Made by a program: the position numbers and the translations under genes | Part shown: positions 11,466 through 25,693 of the stretch, piece by piece | Numbering within the stretch: the first letter of the stretch is position 1 | How the letters are laid out: each line of letters opens with the position of its first letter | Notes under the pieces: model-generated | The model's database searches: none | Seen by the model: only the letters and a program-made list of their open reading frames with translations | Told to the model about the DNA's origin: nothing | From: Octopus bimaculoides | Taxonomy: Eukaryota | Reading direction: 5' to 3' | Length of the DNA stretch: 64,000 bases | Assembly (NCBI RefSeq): GCF_001194135.2 | Contig: NC_068984.1 | Coordinates: 13,002,171 to 13,066,170 of the forward strand

Positions 11466-13085
11466 TCTTGTTTGTATTTCAGGCTGCAAGTCAAAGTCGC
11501 AACTTAAGAAATAATAAATAAATATTTCTTACACCGGAGCAGCGAATGTCCATAATCGATTGATATGATTCCAGTTTATTTCTTCTAGTTAAACAAACTT
11601 GGCTACACCGAGATTTGAACTCGGAATGTAGGGCGACGAAAGTAACCACTGCATTTTGTTTGCTACTTTAATTTCTTGCCTGTTCATTCCACTCGTTATC
11701 TTGAATGATAATTTATTTATTCAAGTGATTCGTGAGTCAGATTCCCCTCTGATTGATGTTTCCTGATTACAGATATCTATCAATGGTTGATTAGCACTTT
11801 TATCTTTTATTTGAAATTTAGTGCCCATTTCTTTCAGTTTGGTATCCTGCCCAGAACCTCAATAAAAACACTGCGTCTGGTTTGAAATTACGACCTAGTT
11901 CTAACAGTCCATCACTTTATGCACTCGACCATTTCAATATTGTGAATAATAATAAATAAATAAAAGTTTAGCATCTGATACCCCTCGTTTATCATTATTC
12001 ACAAAGGGCGAATGTAGAAGGTAGTTAAATCTAATAACGCAGAAATTTGTAACCTCATCAAAAACTAAACAATAAAATAATGTAAAACATACAAAAAACT
12101 GCTGGCAATATTTCCGATGAAAGAATATCAAGTTATCGCAATTTTTATGATGAAAATGTCGCATATTAAAGGTTATGAGGTCGAGCAGTCCCCCAAGGAA
12201 ATACAGCTTGAAAATGGCTGCAACTATTGGGTATTTAAAAGCCAAATATTTACACTCCTTCACTTACTGATAACAATAAATTGAAAATCGAATCAACATA
12301 CTTGAGATCACTTTCTGGAAATATATTTTAGCAACTCTGAGTTCTTCCTTTTTTTGTTTGATTTTGGAACCAAATACCACATCGTAAAATCTAATAAAAT
12401 AATTTTTTCAAGTACAATAATAAAACAAATATAGAATGGTAAAAATAATTCTATGGACGGTGGGGATGAGGGCTGGAGGGTAAGAGTTAAGTACAGGGTA
12501 GGCTTAGTTTACTGTTTGGTTTCGATTTCCGACTAAGATTATTCTAATATATGACGTGAATGATCTTAGGAAAGCATATAGGTCACAAAATCCAATTTCA
12601 TAACTGCTAAAAATAACTTTGTATTTAATTAAAGGAAGCCATTATATCATGATGGTAACGAGTATTGTGGATCAAAACTTAAGGTCGGCAAAGGAGACAT
12701 CACTTTAAATTCTTCATGGTAAGAATAAGTAACCTAATGGAGTAGCTTAATAACATTATAACTAGTAATTATTTTATGCAGTTACGCCTGAGAAAATGTG
12801 ACGAAACATAGTCCTTCCAATCCGTTCCCAGTTGCAAGATAGACACACTCTAACAAGGTATAGGAAGAATAGTGAGGATTCCGTTACCATAATGTAATGA
12901 GACAAAATATCTTAGTTTATCAAAATTAGTTTTAATTTCAAAGTTGTTTCCCCTACCTCTTTCGACCAAAGCTGACCCTTATAATAAAGGTTATTTCTTC
13001 TCACCACGGGTGAAAATTTAGTTTATTAATTGTTTTTCTTAATGGCTGACCATTTTCGGCGTTGGCCGACGATATTGCAGACAAT

Positions 13086-13212
13086 AATTCTGCCGAGGTC
13101 GACTTTGCCTTTCATTATCGACTAATCCCCTCCTCCCACCAAATTTTGCCTTTCATCATCGACTAGTCCAGGTCCTCCCACCAAATTTCAGGCCTTGTGC
13201 CTTTAATAGAAA
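13086..13212 (+). mobile_element. SINE family B fragment with an internal tandem duplication
   Basis: gaggtcgactttgcctttcat...; tttgcctttcat(t/c)atcgacta...cctcccaccaaattt occurs twice. Confidence 0.7.
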
Positions 13213-13486
13213 TAATATTGCCGACGATAAGCTGCAAGAACACTTACCAAGTCTCCACACATGGATACACGACAAAGGAAATAAATGTCGGCTAAATATA
13301 TTATGTAGATTAAAAGTGACGGTAACACCTGGACTCCATAGGAATCCAAGTCATCTCCTCGAGCTATTCCTCTAAGTTAAAATACACTTTCTAATCTTTT
13401 GAACATCAATGTTAGAGCAACAGTTGATACGATAAATATCAGAAGAAATAATTTCAGGAAAGCGTAGGTGAAGGAAGATATCTGAT

Positions 13487-13540
13487 AGGTGCAGTCGTGG
13501 CCGTGTGGTAAGAGACTTGCTTCCGTGCATGCATCGAGTT
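13487..13540 (+). mobile_element. SINE family A 5' head, split from its body at 14951 by an insertion
   Basis: aggtgcagtcgtggccgtgtggtaagagacttgcttcc matches the family A head (aggcgtaggagtggctgtgtggtaagtagcttgc). Confidence 0.75.
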
Positions 13541-14950
13541 ATTTGCTGTTTGGATTTTGTAAGAATCGGACGTAGTTTTTTGTGTTGCTCAGAAGATGTA
13601 CTCAGACCTTGACGAATCTGAGTTATCGTCGTCGGAAGAGGAGCTGGTCGGAGGAGGGTGGTCATAAAGATGGACGGAATGTTGAAGACAAGGAGCCATC
13701 GAGGTGAAGCGAAGGGAGCTGGACTTGGCTGGCCTGAAGGAGTACGAGAAGATGGCTAAGAAGGTGGCCGGCGACGTGAAGTTGTCGCTCCCCAAAGGAA
13801 TTATGGAAAGGATGGAAAAGAAAACGATCCCCTATAAGGTGTACTCCTTGAAAGGAAAAAAAAAAGGCAGAACAGGTGCAGGCAGAAGTGGAAAAGGTGC
13901 TGAGGGAACGAACAAAGGAGATAACGTACATAATCAAAGGAAGAAGATATGGGACAATGGTCTTCCAATTTAAGACAGTAGAGGAGGTGAGGAGGTTGGC
14001 GAGTGTGGCGGTGAAAATAGAGGAAGAACTGCTTCTGCCCACATACCTTGGAGAAGAAAGACTTCCAAGTTGAGGGTAGAAGCATTTTCACCGCATACAG
14101 AAGTGGCTTGGATAGCGGCAGCTGACCTTGTTGGAAGCGAGGAGAAGGTGGCTGTCCTCCAAGCCACAGAAACGGAAGAAGGAGGGTGGAAAGGAAAGAC
14201 ACTTGAACTCATTATTCAGACGGAGGAGGTTCAACTGGAGAACTTGGCAGAGATAGTGACGTTGGGGGAAATCGTGCTGAGGGCGTAGGTAGAGGGCAGA
14301 GTACCACGTTGTTTTAAATGTGGCCAAAAGGGCCACATTAGAGCATAAGGCCCTTTACAGAGGACAATGGTTGAGGAAACAATTGTGGAGACGGAAGAGA
14401 AAAGAGAGGAAGAAAAGACAGACGGAGGAAAGGACGAAAAGGAGGAAGAATGAAAAGTTACAGAGAGCAGAAGGAGAAAGAGAAAAATAGAAAAAACACT
14501 GAGTATGATGTGGTACTCCAGTCCATTCCATCCCACCCAAGACCACTCAGACCCACCCTCCCCATACAGACACCAAACCCACTCACTCCATTTCGCGACA
14601 AGCAAAAAAAGAAAAAGAAAGAACAGACACCACACAATTTGGAAGACCCTCCCCGGTGAAAAAGGTTAGGAATGCATGGCGGAGAGAATGATGTCACTAA
14701 GTGAAGGAGAAAGGGGAAAAAGGATTGGACTGAAGGAGAAAAAGGACTTAGGACCCAAAGGCGGTGAGTGGTGTTACTCAGTGTGGGGTGAGTAGCACAC
14801 TCTTCATAATATCATTTTCAGATATCATTTTCATGTGTCATTCATTATATCATATTTTATCTTATATTTTTAATTGTCATATTTCCCCACATGTGTTGTA
14901 GTGTCCCCCTGTGTGTAATGCCTTTATGGCAATTTAAAAGAAATAAAGAA
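13541..14950 (+). mobile_element. ORF1-only (gag-like, CCHC zinc knuckle) non-autonomous non-LTR retroelement, decayed
   Basis: ATG at 13596 (MYSDLDESELSSSEEE). Frameshifted pieces 13704-14659 include VEGRVPRCFKCGQKGHIRA*G (knuckle at 14310-14351; the last Cys is one substitution from GGC) and an E/K-rich C-terminus. This is followed by ~290 nt of UTR ending aaaagaaataaagaa, with no APE or RT motifs. Confidence 0.75.
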
Positions 14951-15320
14951 GCTTCACGCCCACTGTGTGGCATCTTGGTCAAATGTCTCCTATTATAGCA
15001 TCGGGCCGATCAAAGTCTTGAGTGGATTTGATCAAGGGAAACTGAAAGAACTATGTCTGCTGTATATATATATATATATATATATATATGCATGTGTGTG
15101 TGTATATCTTTGTGTCTGTATTTGTCCACCACCAGCACCACCACCACCATCGCTTGACAACTGGTATTGTTGCGTTTACGTTCGGAAAAACAAACCAATA
15201 TGATAAATACCAAGCTTAAATAATTACGTACTGGGGTTGATTGATTCATCTAAAAATTGTTCAAGGCGGTGCCCCAGCATGACCGCAGTTTAATGACTAA
15301 AACTAATAAATGATAAAAGA
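14951..15320 (+). mobile_element. SINE family A, remainder (B-box 3' part, CORE-like segment, microsatellite, right arm)
   Basis: cccactgtgtggcatcttggtcaaatgtc...gaaactgaaagaa(TA)n...aaggcggtgccccagcatgacc. Confidence 0.8.
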
Positions 15321-17898
15321 TATGAGCTAGAAAATACAGAGGCAGAAGATTAGTTGTAACTGAAGGGCAGACGAGAGCAGGGATAGCCAAGGATTGATGG
15401 TTTGCAGAAACTTAATTTCTCTCTATGTTAGCTCTGAGTCAAAGATGAATCGGTTTGCTGTCAGGGATTCACGCATTTAGTTTGAATGACTACAGATGTT
15501 ATGTTAAATACTCATACAGACCCTGATCATCGGAATGTATCCCTTCTATCGAACAGAACTATTGTTTTTCACAAGAATGGTGTCTATTAGCAATTTACCT
15601 CTGAGATTCATTTTTTTAGATATGCATAATTTTCACGCCTAGTCATGCAAAATATTGTTCATTTAGTAATTATCCCATTGATTCTTTTTGAATGTATGGT
15701 GAAATCTATGTTATACTGAAAAAGTTTAATAGAACCGAAACATGTGTAGCAATTGTCTCCTGTACTTGTTAAAATAATTAGAGTCATTATAGACATTAAG
15801 TTAACTCTGTCTTTTCCCCACAGCATAAATATTGTGAATAATCTCGCTGATGCATTACACCAACTAACATTTATTTAGATAGAATTTTATACCATGTTTA
15901 AAATATTACTTTATGCATTCAGATCTATTATAAATCCCATTGTGACCACCTCAAAACGTAGTGTGTATATCAATAGCGCGGCCACTATAGTCCGTATACA
16001 CAGATATGTGCACTATACTAACATACACGTGCACATGCATATGAATATGTTAATGTATGTAAATGTCTTCTTAAACTTGAGTCGGTGGAGCACAGGCTGT
16101 GGGCTAATATCTCGTTGCAGACACTATGCTAATCAATACTCTTCTCGCCAAATTTTAAAGATTTTTATAAATTTTCATGCTGATATCTCCACGCCAATAA
16201 CAGAGTTTAGTTCTACGAGCCGCCGAAGGAGACTTTATATGTTTACTGAACCTGCTACAGACTTCCACGAATAATATCTGCTGACTTATGAAAAAAAAAA
16301 AAAAAAAAGATACATTAATACAATGCTAGTTACCTCTGTCATTGATAACAAAAACAGAGTTGTCATGGCTAGAACATATTCCCATCATAGGAAAGCTCCG
16401 TAGGGGCTGACTTTGCCTAAACCCCAACAGTATCTTGCACTAGCTTAATAATTTTGATCTTACTGTTGTTATGTAGGTCGCTTAATGGAGATGATGTCCC
16501 CAACACAGGCAATGAAAATCATTCTGGGCGTTATACAATTTCGTATTTATCTTTTCATTCTTAGAGTTTTTGAGTTTGAATTGATTGGGTCAAAGAACTT
16601 ATTGTTGACTATTGACTGCATCCAATTATCGCATTAACAGAACCGTGATTTTATAGAAAAGGCTTAACATTTGTATGATTGAACTGCAGAGTTTGCTACA
16701 AGCTGAAGTGGATCACGTTAATCTCGTATTTCTGATATCCCAGGATTTCTTCATTCAAACATTTCTCATCTTGAATTCGACAGTATTACCCGAAGCATTA
16801 GCAACGGTAAGTGGGAGCATTAAAGGGGTTATCAGCGGTGAATTTCTGCCTTGTACCTTCGACAAAGGGTTTCACTTAACCACTAAGGGTTATTTTTGTG
16901 AAAAGTGTCTCAATTTCAGTGATCACTGTTTCTTAGAAGACAGAAAAGAAAGTAGAAATATTATCAAGAACGCCGATCCTTAAACGAATCTTGTCCATCC
17001 TTTTAATTTAACACGGGTAATTGAATCAATTCCAAACCACTTAACAGCCCTACCAAACAGTTAAACCAACAACCTCACCCTTTTATTTAATTGTAAATTA
17101 GAAAAGTAAAATATGTAAATAAAAATAGAAAGTAGAAAAAACAAACAAACAAGCAAACTGGATTTGTTACGAACAACGTGAGTTGTATTTGTTAGAAAGG
17201 TTTATTGCATAGTCTTGTTGTGGCCACTCATCCACCGCCTCACTTATTTCTTAGTTGATCTAATTTAAAACGTAATATCACTCGTCACCGGCAGCAAAGT
17301 TAGATCCCATCTTAATTTCCAAATTAATGGATTTCTCTCAATTTTCCGCAGATTATCAGTCGTGCAGCATTTGTATAATAAACTGGTAATTAGTTTTGCG
17401 GTTTGATGCCTTTTCATTAGATTTAACTCAGCTTTCTCATCCTCTTTCTTTCCGTGGTGAGACCGGTACAGTTTACTGCCTTTCTTCTTCATGAAACACT
17501 GTCAACATTTTCTCTGATGCGATTGCTTGCCAGTAGAATTGCACACGCGGTGCACACTATCTTGTCTTGTTCCTCTCTTTTCACCGAATCTACTCCACAT
17601 AATAAACAAATCATTACTTTATACATTGGCATCCCTCATTCTCTCCCCACCCATTTCTGTATATCTCTGTACACACGAACACACATACGTACATACACAC
17701 ACATACATACATACATACATACATACATACATACATACATAAATACATACATACATACATATATAGCAGTTTGGATAGAGGATGTGAGACCGTCCATAAT
17801 ACATGCACACACCACACCTTTCTCTAAATACACTGCACTTAAAATATGTATACAAATATATAGACACGAAAATACTAACTTGCACGCGCCTACGCTCA

Positions 17899-17929
<31 letters not shown>

Positions 17930-18008
17930 GTATGTGCGTGTGTGTATAAATAAATATATATATGTATACATACATATATATACGTACATATATATGTGTG
18001 TATATATA

Positions 18009-18263
18009 TTTTTACTCTTTTACTCTTTTACTCTTTTACTTCTTTCAGTCATTTGACTGTGGCCATGCTGGAGCACCGCTTTTAGTCGAGCAAATCGACC
18101 CCAAGACTTATTCTTTTTAAGCCTAGTACTTATTCTATCGGGTTCTTTGGCTGAACCGTTAAGTTACGGGGACGTAAACACACCAGCCTCGGTTGTCAAG
18201 CGATGTTGGGGGTCAAACACGGACACACAAACATACACACACACACACATACATACACAGACT

Positions 18264-18311
<48 letters not shown>

Positions 18312-18430
18312 CGATGGGCTTCTTTCAGTTTCCGTCTACCATATCCACTCACAAGGCTTTGGTCGGCCCGAGGCTATAGTAGAAGACACTTGCTCAAGGT
18401 GCCACGCAGTGGGACTGAACCCGGAACCAT
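18009..18430 (-). mobile_element. SINE family A, 5'-truncated, with (TTTTACTC)n tail
   Basis: Reverse-complement colinearity with 1791-2220. Confidence 0.92.
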
Positions 18431-19129
18431 ATATATACATAAACACAAGCACCACAGAATCACATATGCATGTATATCTATCTGTCTATCTTTCTATATC
18501 TTTATATATATATATCTATATTATTTTTCTCTTCCTCCCTATCTCTATCTTTCTGTCTGTCTGTCTCTCACTCTCTCTCTCTATATGCCTGTACGTATGT
18601 ATGTACGTGTGTATGCACGCATGTATATATGTGTCTGTGTCCCTATGTAGATATATATCTGCATGGAAGGTGGTGGAAGCAAAGTAAAACAAAACTGTGT
18701 ACTTCAAGTTATCTTCGTCATACCTCTTAATATCTCTAGGTTCATCGGACATGAACGATGCATCTCATTCTTTGGGTATGAGTTACATACTGCAGTGTAA
18801 TCAACTCAATTATTCCCTCTTTAGAAAACTGGCGATGGGCTTAACGAAGCAATCACAGTATTTACATGTCTTTTTTGGTGGGTAAGAGATGCATACACTT
18901 ATCTTCGTATTGATATGAGAGTTTTATGTAAGTGTGTATGAATATATAAAAGCATGCCTCATCATAAATTTAAATATATATTCGTATGTGTATATGTATG
19001 TATGTATGTATGTACGTACGTATGCATGCATGTGCGTATGGATGAGTGTGATCGGGCGCGCGTGTATGTGCTTGTGTATGTATTTCTCAAACAAGTTTGA
19101 CGGAGATGTTGAAGAATCACTTCGAAGTC

Positions 19130-19345
19130 TCAGTCACTCAGACACTCCAACCTACGTTCTTGTCGACAACTATTCCTAGATCCCTAACGGTGTTTGATGC
19201 CACGAGATTTTCGCTCATAGGAAGTGTGTATGGTAACTTAAGTGCAGCCTCTCTACCGAGGTGGATTAATTCAAATTTATTTTCATTTAACTGCATAATA
19301 TTTTCTGGCGATGGATAACAGCGAGCAAATCCGATCTAAGATTTG
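19130..19345 (-). mobile_element. CR1/L2-superfamily LINE RT C-terminal fragment
   Basis: Minus strand: SDLLAVIH/ENIMQLNENKFELIHLGREAALKLPYTLPMSENLVASNTVRDLGIVVDKNVGW. This resembles the post-YADD DLxxVxxW...LNxxK...VRDLGIxVDxxLxW motif. Confidence 0.7.
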
Positions 19346-20906
19346 CCCAGTCGTAACATAATGCAATAAAGTATTTCCCTAATAAGCTGTTGGGGTTAAG
19401 CATACAATTATATTTGTAACATCCAAAGGAGAGGTTCCAAACAACCACAACAGTGAAACGTACGTAAGAGCAAATTGTATAAAGTTGTGTTTACCTTCAT
19501 TTCTCCTATATATATAAATGCACACACACATATACATCCTTCTTTGAAGATTGCCCTTCCTTTTACATGTAATATAATATTTCCAACTGATTTGATGAAC
19601 GTTTCAGATAGATGGATAGTGGTATATATATATATATATATAATTATTCGTCTCTTACCATTCAATACTGTCTCCAGAGACACAAAAATGTATCCGTAAT
19701 ATATACGATATCACACATTTTTAGTTGAAAGTTCAATAGCTTGTTTATTCTGAAACTTCCTTTATTTCACTAACATATTATGAAACCTGTTTGATGTGCC
19801 TTTTGTGGACGGATAGTTGTAGTTACCGGACAAAAGAGTATAATCACTATTGTACTATAAATTCGCTTGAAAAGCATACAACAACACAAAAATTTCAATT
19901 TACACCTAGACATACTTATTTGATGTTTGCCGACTAATATGTTTTGATGTGTCTGTGATACGAGTAGCATTACATTGATTTGAAAAGCTATGAAATTATT
20001 ATGTCACTATACAAACATTATAGAACGTAGAATCTTAAACGTAAATAAAGGCACTTTACGTGAAGATTACATCACATTAATTTTATCTCATTCACAACAT
20101 TTACTTAGATACACGAGTCACATAGGATCCCATAGAGTAACCATGTTAACAATACGAAAAATACGGTAAAATTCAGAGACTACAGAAACTTGTCTTCCAT
20201 ATCATCAAAAATGACGTAGGGAAAAATTTGTTAATGTAATTTTATATCCCATGAGGAGTAGAAATTTCAACGTTTCAGATAATTGACCTTCTTCGCAGAG
20301 AGAGTGAGAATAGAAGAGACTCATAGAAAAAAAAAGAATGCACACGAGAAAGTGAGACGATGGAAAGGAATGATATAGGATGGTAGGTGTAAAGTAAACG
20401 TGGGGAAGAATGATGTTTCGGAGGTATTGTATGTGCTGGGGGGGGNNNNNNNNNNNNNNNNNNNNNNNNNNNNNNNNNNNNNNNNNNNNNNNNNNNNNNN
20501 NNNNNNNNNNNNNNNNNNNNNNNNNNNNNNNNNNNNNNNNNNNNNNNNNNNNNNNNNNNNNNNNNNNNNNNNNNNNNNNNNNNNNNNNNNNNNNNNNNNN
20601 NNNNNNNNNNNNNNNNNNNNNNNNNNNNNNNNNNNNNNNNNNNNNNNNNNNNNNNNNNNNNNNNNNNNNNNNNNNNNNNNNNNNNNNNNNNNNNNNNNNN
20701 NNNNNNNNNNNNNNNNNNNNNNNNNNNNNNNNNNNNNNNNNNNNNNNNNNNNNNNNNNNNNNNNNNNNNNNNNNNNNNNNNNNNNNNNNNNNNNNNNNNN
20801 NNNNNNNNNNNNNNNNNNNNNNNNNNNNNNNNNNNNNNNNNNNNNNNNNNNNNNNNNNNNNNNNNNNNNNNNNNNNNNNNNNNNNNNNNNNNNNNNNNNN
20901 NNNNNN

Positions 20907-21210
20907 TATTGTATCGGGGTCTTTTTGCCGAACCACTAAGTCACGGGGACATAAACACACCAGCATCGGTTGTCAAGCAATGCTAGGGGGACAAACACAG
21001 ACACACAAACATACACACACACATACATATACATATACATATATACGACGGGCTTCTTTCAGTTTCCGTCTACCAAATCTACTCATAAGGCTTTGGTCGG
21101 CCCGAGGCTATAGTAGAAGACACTTGCCCAAGGTGCCACGCAGTGGGACTGAACCCGGAGCCGTGTGGTTGGTAGGCAAGCTACTTACCACACAGCCACT
21201 CCTGCACCTA
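20907..21210 (-). mobile_element. SINE family A, intact head, tail lost in a gap
   Basis: cttaccacacagccactcctgcaccta is the reverse complement of the head. Confidence 0.92.
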
Positions 21211-21780
21211 TTTATTTTTCTCTCGTTTTATGTGCTCTCTTGTTGTTTTTGAGTGAGTGAGTGTTTGTTTCATTCATGGATTTTCTCCATTAGCTGGATA
21301 ATCAAAATTGCTATGTTCTCGTGATGCAACAGCCAACAGCAGAAAAAAGGGTTTGAGAACTCCAGAGACCAGGAATGGTCTGAAATTTATATTAAGCAAA
21401 AGATACGTTTATGAGCATATTAGTAGAAGCGTTTTATTGGCACCTAGTAAGTATATTATCTTCGCTAAAATCGATGTATGCACACACACTCACACACACA
21501 CACGCTCATGGGCGGAGAATTTTATTATAATATAGATGTAAAATATATCATTTTGATATAGATGTGAGTGTAGACCCACTCGCTATACAGAAATCAACTG
21601 AGGTAACAGCACAGATTTTATTTCTCTGTGCTCAGAAACATTAGGAAGAATCTAGATTTCTAGTATTAGACTTCTTAGAACTCATTTAGTGAAAGAATTC
21701 TCAGAATGAATCCAGGGGTTGGCCGGTGACTTACCGTTGTTGAGTAGGATAATCGTATTGCTATTGTACCCGAGTATATA

Positions 21781-21985
21781 AGGTGGCGAGCTGACAGAAT
21801 CGTTAGCACATCAAACAAAATACTTAGCAGCATTTCGATCGTCTTTAAGTTCTGAGTTCAAATTCCGTCGAGGTCGACTTTGCTTTTCATTCTTTCGGTT
21901 TCGATAAATTAAGAACCAGTGAAAAACTGAGATCAATATAATCGACTAGCCTCCTCCACCCAAATTTCAAGCTTTCTGCCACTAG
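21781..21985 (+). mobile_element. SINE family B (tail type II)
   Basis: aggtggcgagctgacagaatcgttagc...ctgagttcaaattccgtcgaggtcgactttgc. Confidence 0.85.
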
Positions 21986-22490
21986 CAGTAAAGATTGCAA
22001 CCGTGTATAACATTTATAACATTTTAAATACAAATTTGTGGATAATTTTGTTGTTTCTCGCACTGGTACCATTAAACTTCTGTAGTTTTTTTTGAAAAAC
22101 CAGTTGGCTAAGCATTTAACCATTTAACTAATGGATTGTTTGATGAATCAATCAGTTTAAGTTGTCAAAGTCCTTTCGCCGCCATTCGTGACCTCATCAA
22201 TGAGACACTCTCTCTACTCCAGGTCTGCTTCACGTATTTGCTAATACACCGAGGACGACAAAATAAACAGCTATGAAGCAATAAAGATTATGATTTATTC
22301 GACGGATTCCTCTCACCACTTGTTGCTTTTGTAGCAATGTTGAAAAATCTGTACTTTTTCTAATAATATAGTAGAAATACGAAATGATAGATGTAGTAAT
22401 TCCATTGAAATATATGGAAGCGAACACACAAAGAATGTTTGTGTTATATATCAAGGAAAGCTGTATATATATATATATATATATAAAGTA

Positions 22491-22536
<46 letters not shown>

Positions 22537-24429
22537 GTATATACATGGGAATGTGTGTGTGTGTATAAATCCAAATTAATCGAATTATCAAAGATGCTAA
22601 TGCATCTGCAGGAACAAATGCAGTAGGTTTAATACTACTACCATGTCAAAGTATGTAGAGAAAGAAAGCGAGATTAAAGTAGTTAAAATGAGTAATGCAG
22701 AGAAGTCAATGTTGCTACAAATACCAGATAATATATTGGAATTTGATACAGTTATATATGCCTTAACTATAAAACATGGTTAATATAACTACAAACGAGA
22801 CAATGAACTAATATATTTTCTGACGGATCTGTGATATGTTATAACGTAACGTTATTTTCTGTTGTCCCACACCACCTCTAAACTCACCGCTCAATAAAAC
22901 AACTAATCTATATAAATCCCTAAACCCCTTTCACATACAAATACTCCATTTATTCTCCATTGTAAAGTATCGAGAGAAAAGCTTTTCTAAGATCGTCCAT
23001 GTTGTATGGTGCATGTTACATTAATATGACGTATTTAAACTCCCTGTCATTATAGGTTATCGGTTATGCAATGTATCATTATAGGCTCTCAGTTGTATAG
23101 CGTATCATTACCATAAGGATTTTGTACATAAAGCATACCACAATAACACCGTACTATAGAAAATAATTAACATAACGAAACATACAATTGCATATTCTTG
23201 CTTTATTAAATGCATCACAATGAACCGGTAAATTTTCAGTGAGCCGAAACCGCAACGCCAACGCTCATTTACTTAGCCACCGACACTATTCAACATGAGT
23301 GTCATAGCATTATTTTTATTCCATTCAAAAACCTATGACAACATACTGTATGCATCGTACTTATAACATGCCAATTATATTATGATTTATAACCTTTAAA
23401 AAACCTATCTTTTCTCTGTCTTACTATGTTATAATATCAAAAGTATACATAAACACCTGGTAGTTTTTTATCGTATATCATATAACATACAGACCAACCG
23501 TTCGCCAATATAAATATATTGTAACCCTATATGCTTATATTATACCACAATGTATTAGCTATATTGGATAATTCTATATTTTATCAAGGCAAATAACACA
23601 TAATGGCAAACAATATTGATGCACTGCATATTATTATAAGAACTATATTGGATAAAAACTATACTATTTACAAAACAAACTACGGAGAGTTTTGTGATGG
23701 CGAATGCGATCAACTTGTAGACAGAAAATTATAAATGACTAAACTTTAATTGGTCATATATATATATATATATATACATTTGTGTGTGAGTGTATGTATG
23801 TACACATACACGCACAAATACGCATATATATATATGTAAATATATGCATATATATGTATATATGTATGAATGTATATAAACTCGATGGAAATGGACGGAC
23901 ATTTGAAGGCAATTTTAGAATGAATTGGTAATCTAGTGATAAGAAAGTAATTTTAAAACGGAAAATTACTTGCATGGCAAATAGGGGAATATAGAAATAA
24001 AGAAATACCCTCCCAAAAATAATCAGTGATAAGATTAAATACATCAAAATATATCACTGAAAACGAAAATCAAAATAATAAATGATAATAATAAAGAAAA
24101 GAAAAACGAACGATTTTACTGATGTAAAATATGGTCGCACAAAATAAACAAATTCTGTCGTTGGAAAGAAAAAAATAAAAACAAATTTGTGGAATAGCAA
24201 AATAGAAGAGGACAGCAGCAAATAGGAAGAACATATATTTATGATGTGAAAAACATGCAAATAAATATATGAACCAATAAATAAATGGCAACTCTATGAA
24301 ATGAATCAAAGAGTAAAAAGATTAAAAGACCAACACACACACACACACACATTTATGTATAGTTTGTGTGTGTGTGTTTGTGTATGTGTGTGTATGGAAT
24401 GTATGTGTATATATATATATATATGTACG

Positions 24430-24461
<32 letters not shown>

Positions 24462-24810
24462 CATATATATGTATATACACACATACACTCACATACACAC
24501 ACACACACTCATATATATGCACANNNNNNNNNNNNNNNNNNNNNNNNNNNNNNNNNNNNNNNNNNNNNNNNNNNNNNNNNNNNNNNNNNNNNNNNNNNNN
24601 NNNNNNNNNNNNNNNNNNNNNNNNNNNNNNNNNNNNNNNNNNNNNNNNNNNNNNNNNNNNNNNNNNNNNNNNNNNNNNNNNNNNNNNNNNNNNNNNNNNN
24701 NNNNNNNNNNNNNNNNNNNNNNNNNNNNNNNNNNNNNNNNNNNNNNNNNNNNNNNNNNNNNNNNNNNNNNNNNNNNNNNNNNNNNNNNNNNNNNNNNNNN
24801 NNNNNNNNNN

Positions 24811-24905
<95 letters not shown>

Positions 24906-25416
24906 ACGTCAATGTAGTTTATAGAACGAGAAGGGGTACAAAGAATGAAATCAACAGAAAACTAATAGCGGTGAGATGTTGAGCGATAGGTGAGTTAGAA
25001 TAAAGCTTAAAGACATGGAATTAGATATATTTAGCGGAAGTGAAAGGTAAGAAGACAGTCAAAGGTCGAATATTATAGAATGGTAGAAATCACTTATAGG
25101 ATCTAAAGGTATGTTTCAGCCAATGTTTGCAAAGATAAACGCGTTCTATGCTTTTAAGCTTCATTCTACTTCACCTATCGCTCTATATATCTCCACTATT
25201 AGTTTTCTGCTAAATTCTTTCTTTCTCCTCCTCTTTCTATAAATTACCTTGACGTTGTATCTACAAACTGTTTATTAAAAACACTTGCTAGCGTTCCCTT
25301 CATCATATTCGTAGTCATCACATTCTGTTAAAATATCTTATTGATGAGTTTGGTTTCTTTCTTTCCCTGATGAGAAGATTGCATTGTTTTACACCATTTT
25401 ATTCCTTCTGGAATAA

Positions 25417-25657
25417 TACTCTTTACTCTTTTTACCCTTTTACTTGTTTCAGTCATTTGACTGTGGCCATAATGGAACACCGCCTTTAGTCAAGCAAACC
25501 GACCCCAGGACTTATTACTTGTAAGCCTAGTACTTATTCCATCGGTCTCTTTTGCCGAACGGCTATGTTACGGGAACGTAAACACACCATCATCGGTTGT
25601 GAAGCGATAGTGGGGGGCCAAACACAGACACACAAACATATACAGACTCACGCATAC

Positions 25658-25693
<36 letters not shown>
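25417..25693 (-). mobile_element. SINE family A right arm, with its (TA)n running into an N gap
   Basis: tttacttgtttcagtcatttgactgtggcc...aaacacagacacacaaaca(TA)n. Confidence 0.9.

Noticed and set aside
22640-22840. Short ORF followed by IFSDGSV, resembling an RNase H start motif
   Set aside because: An isolated 7-aa match with no downstream RNase H motifs.
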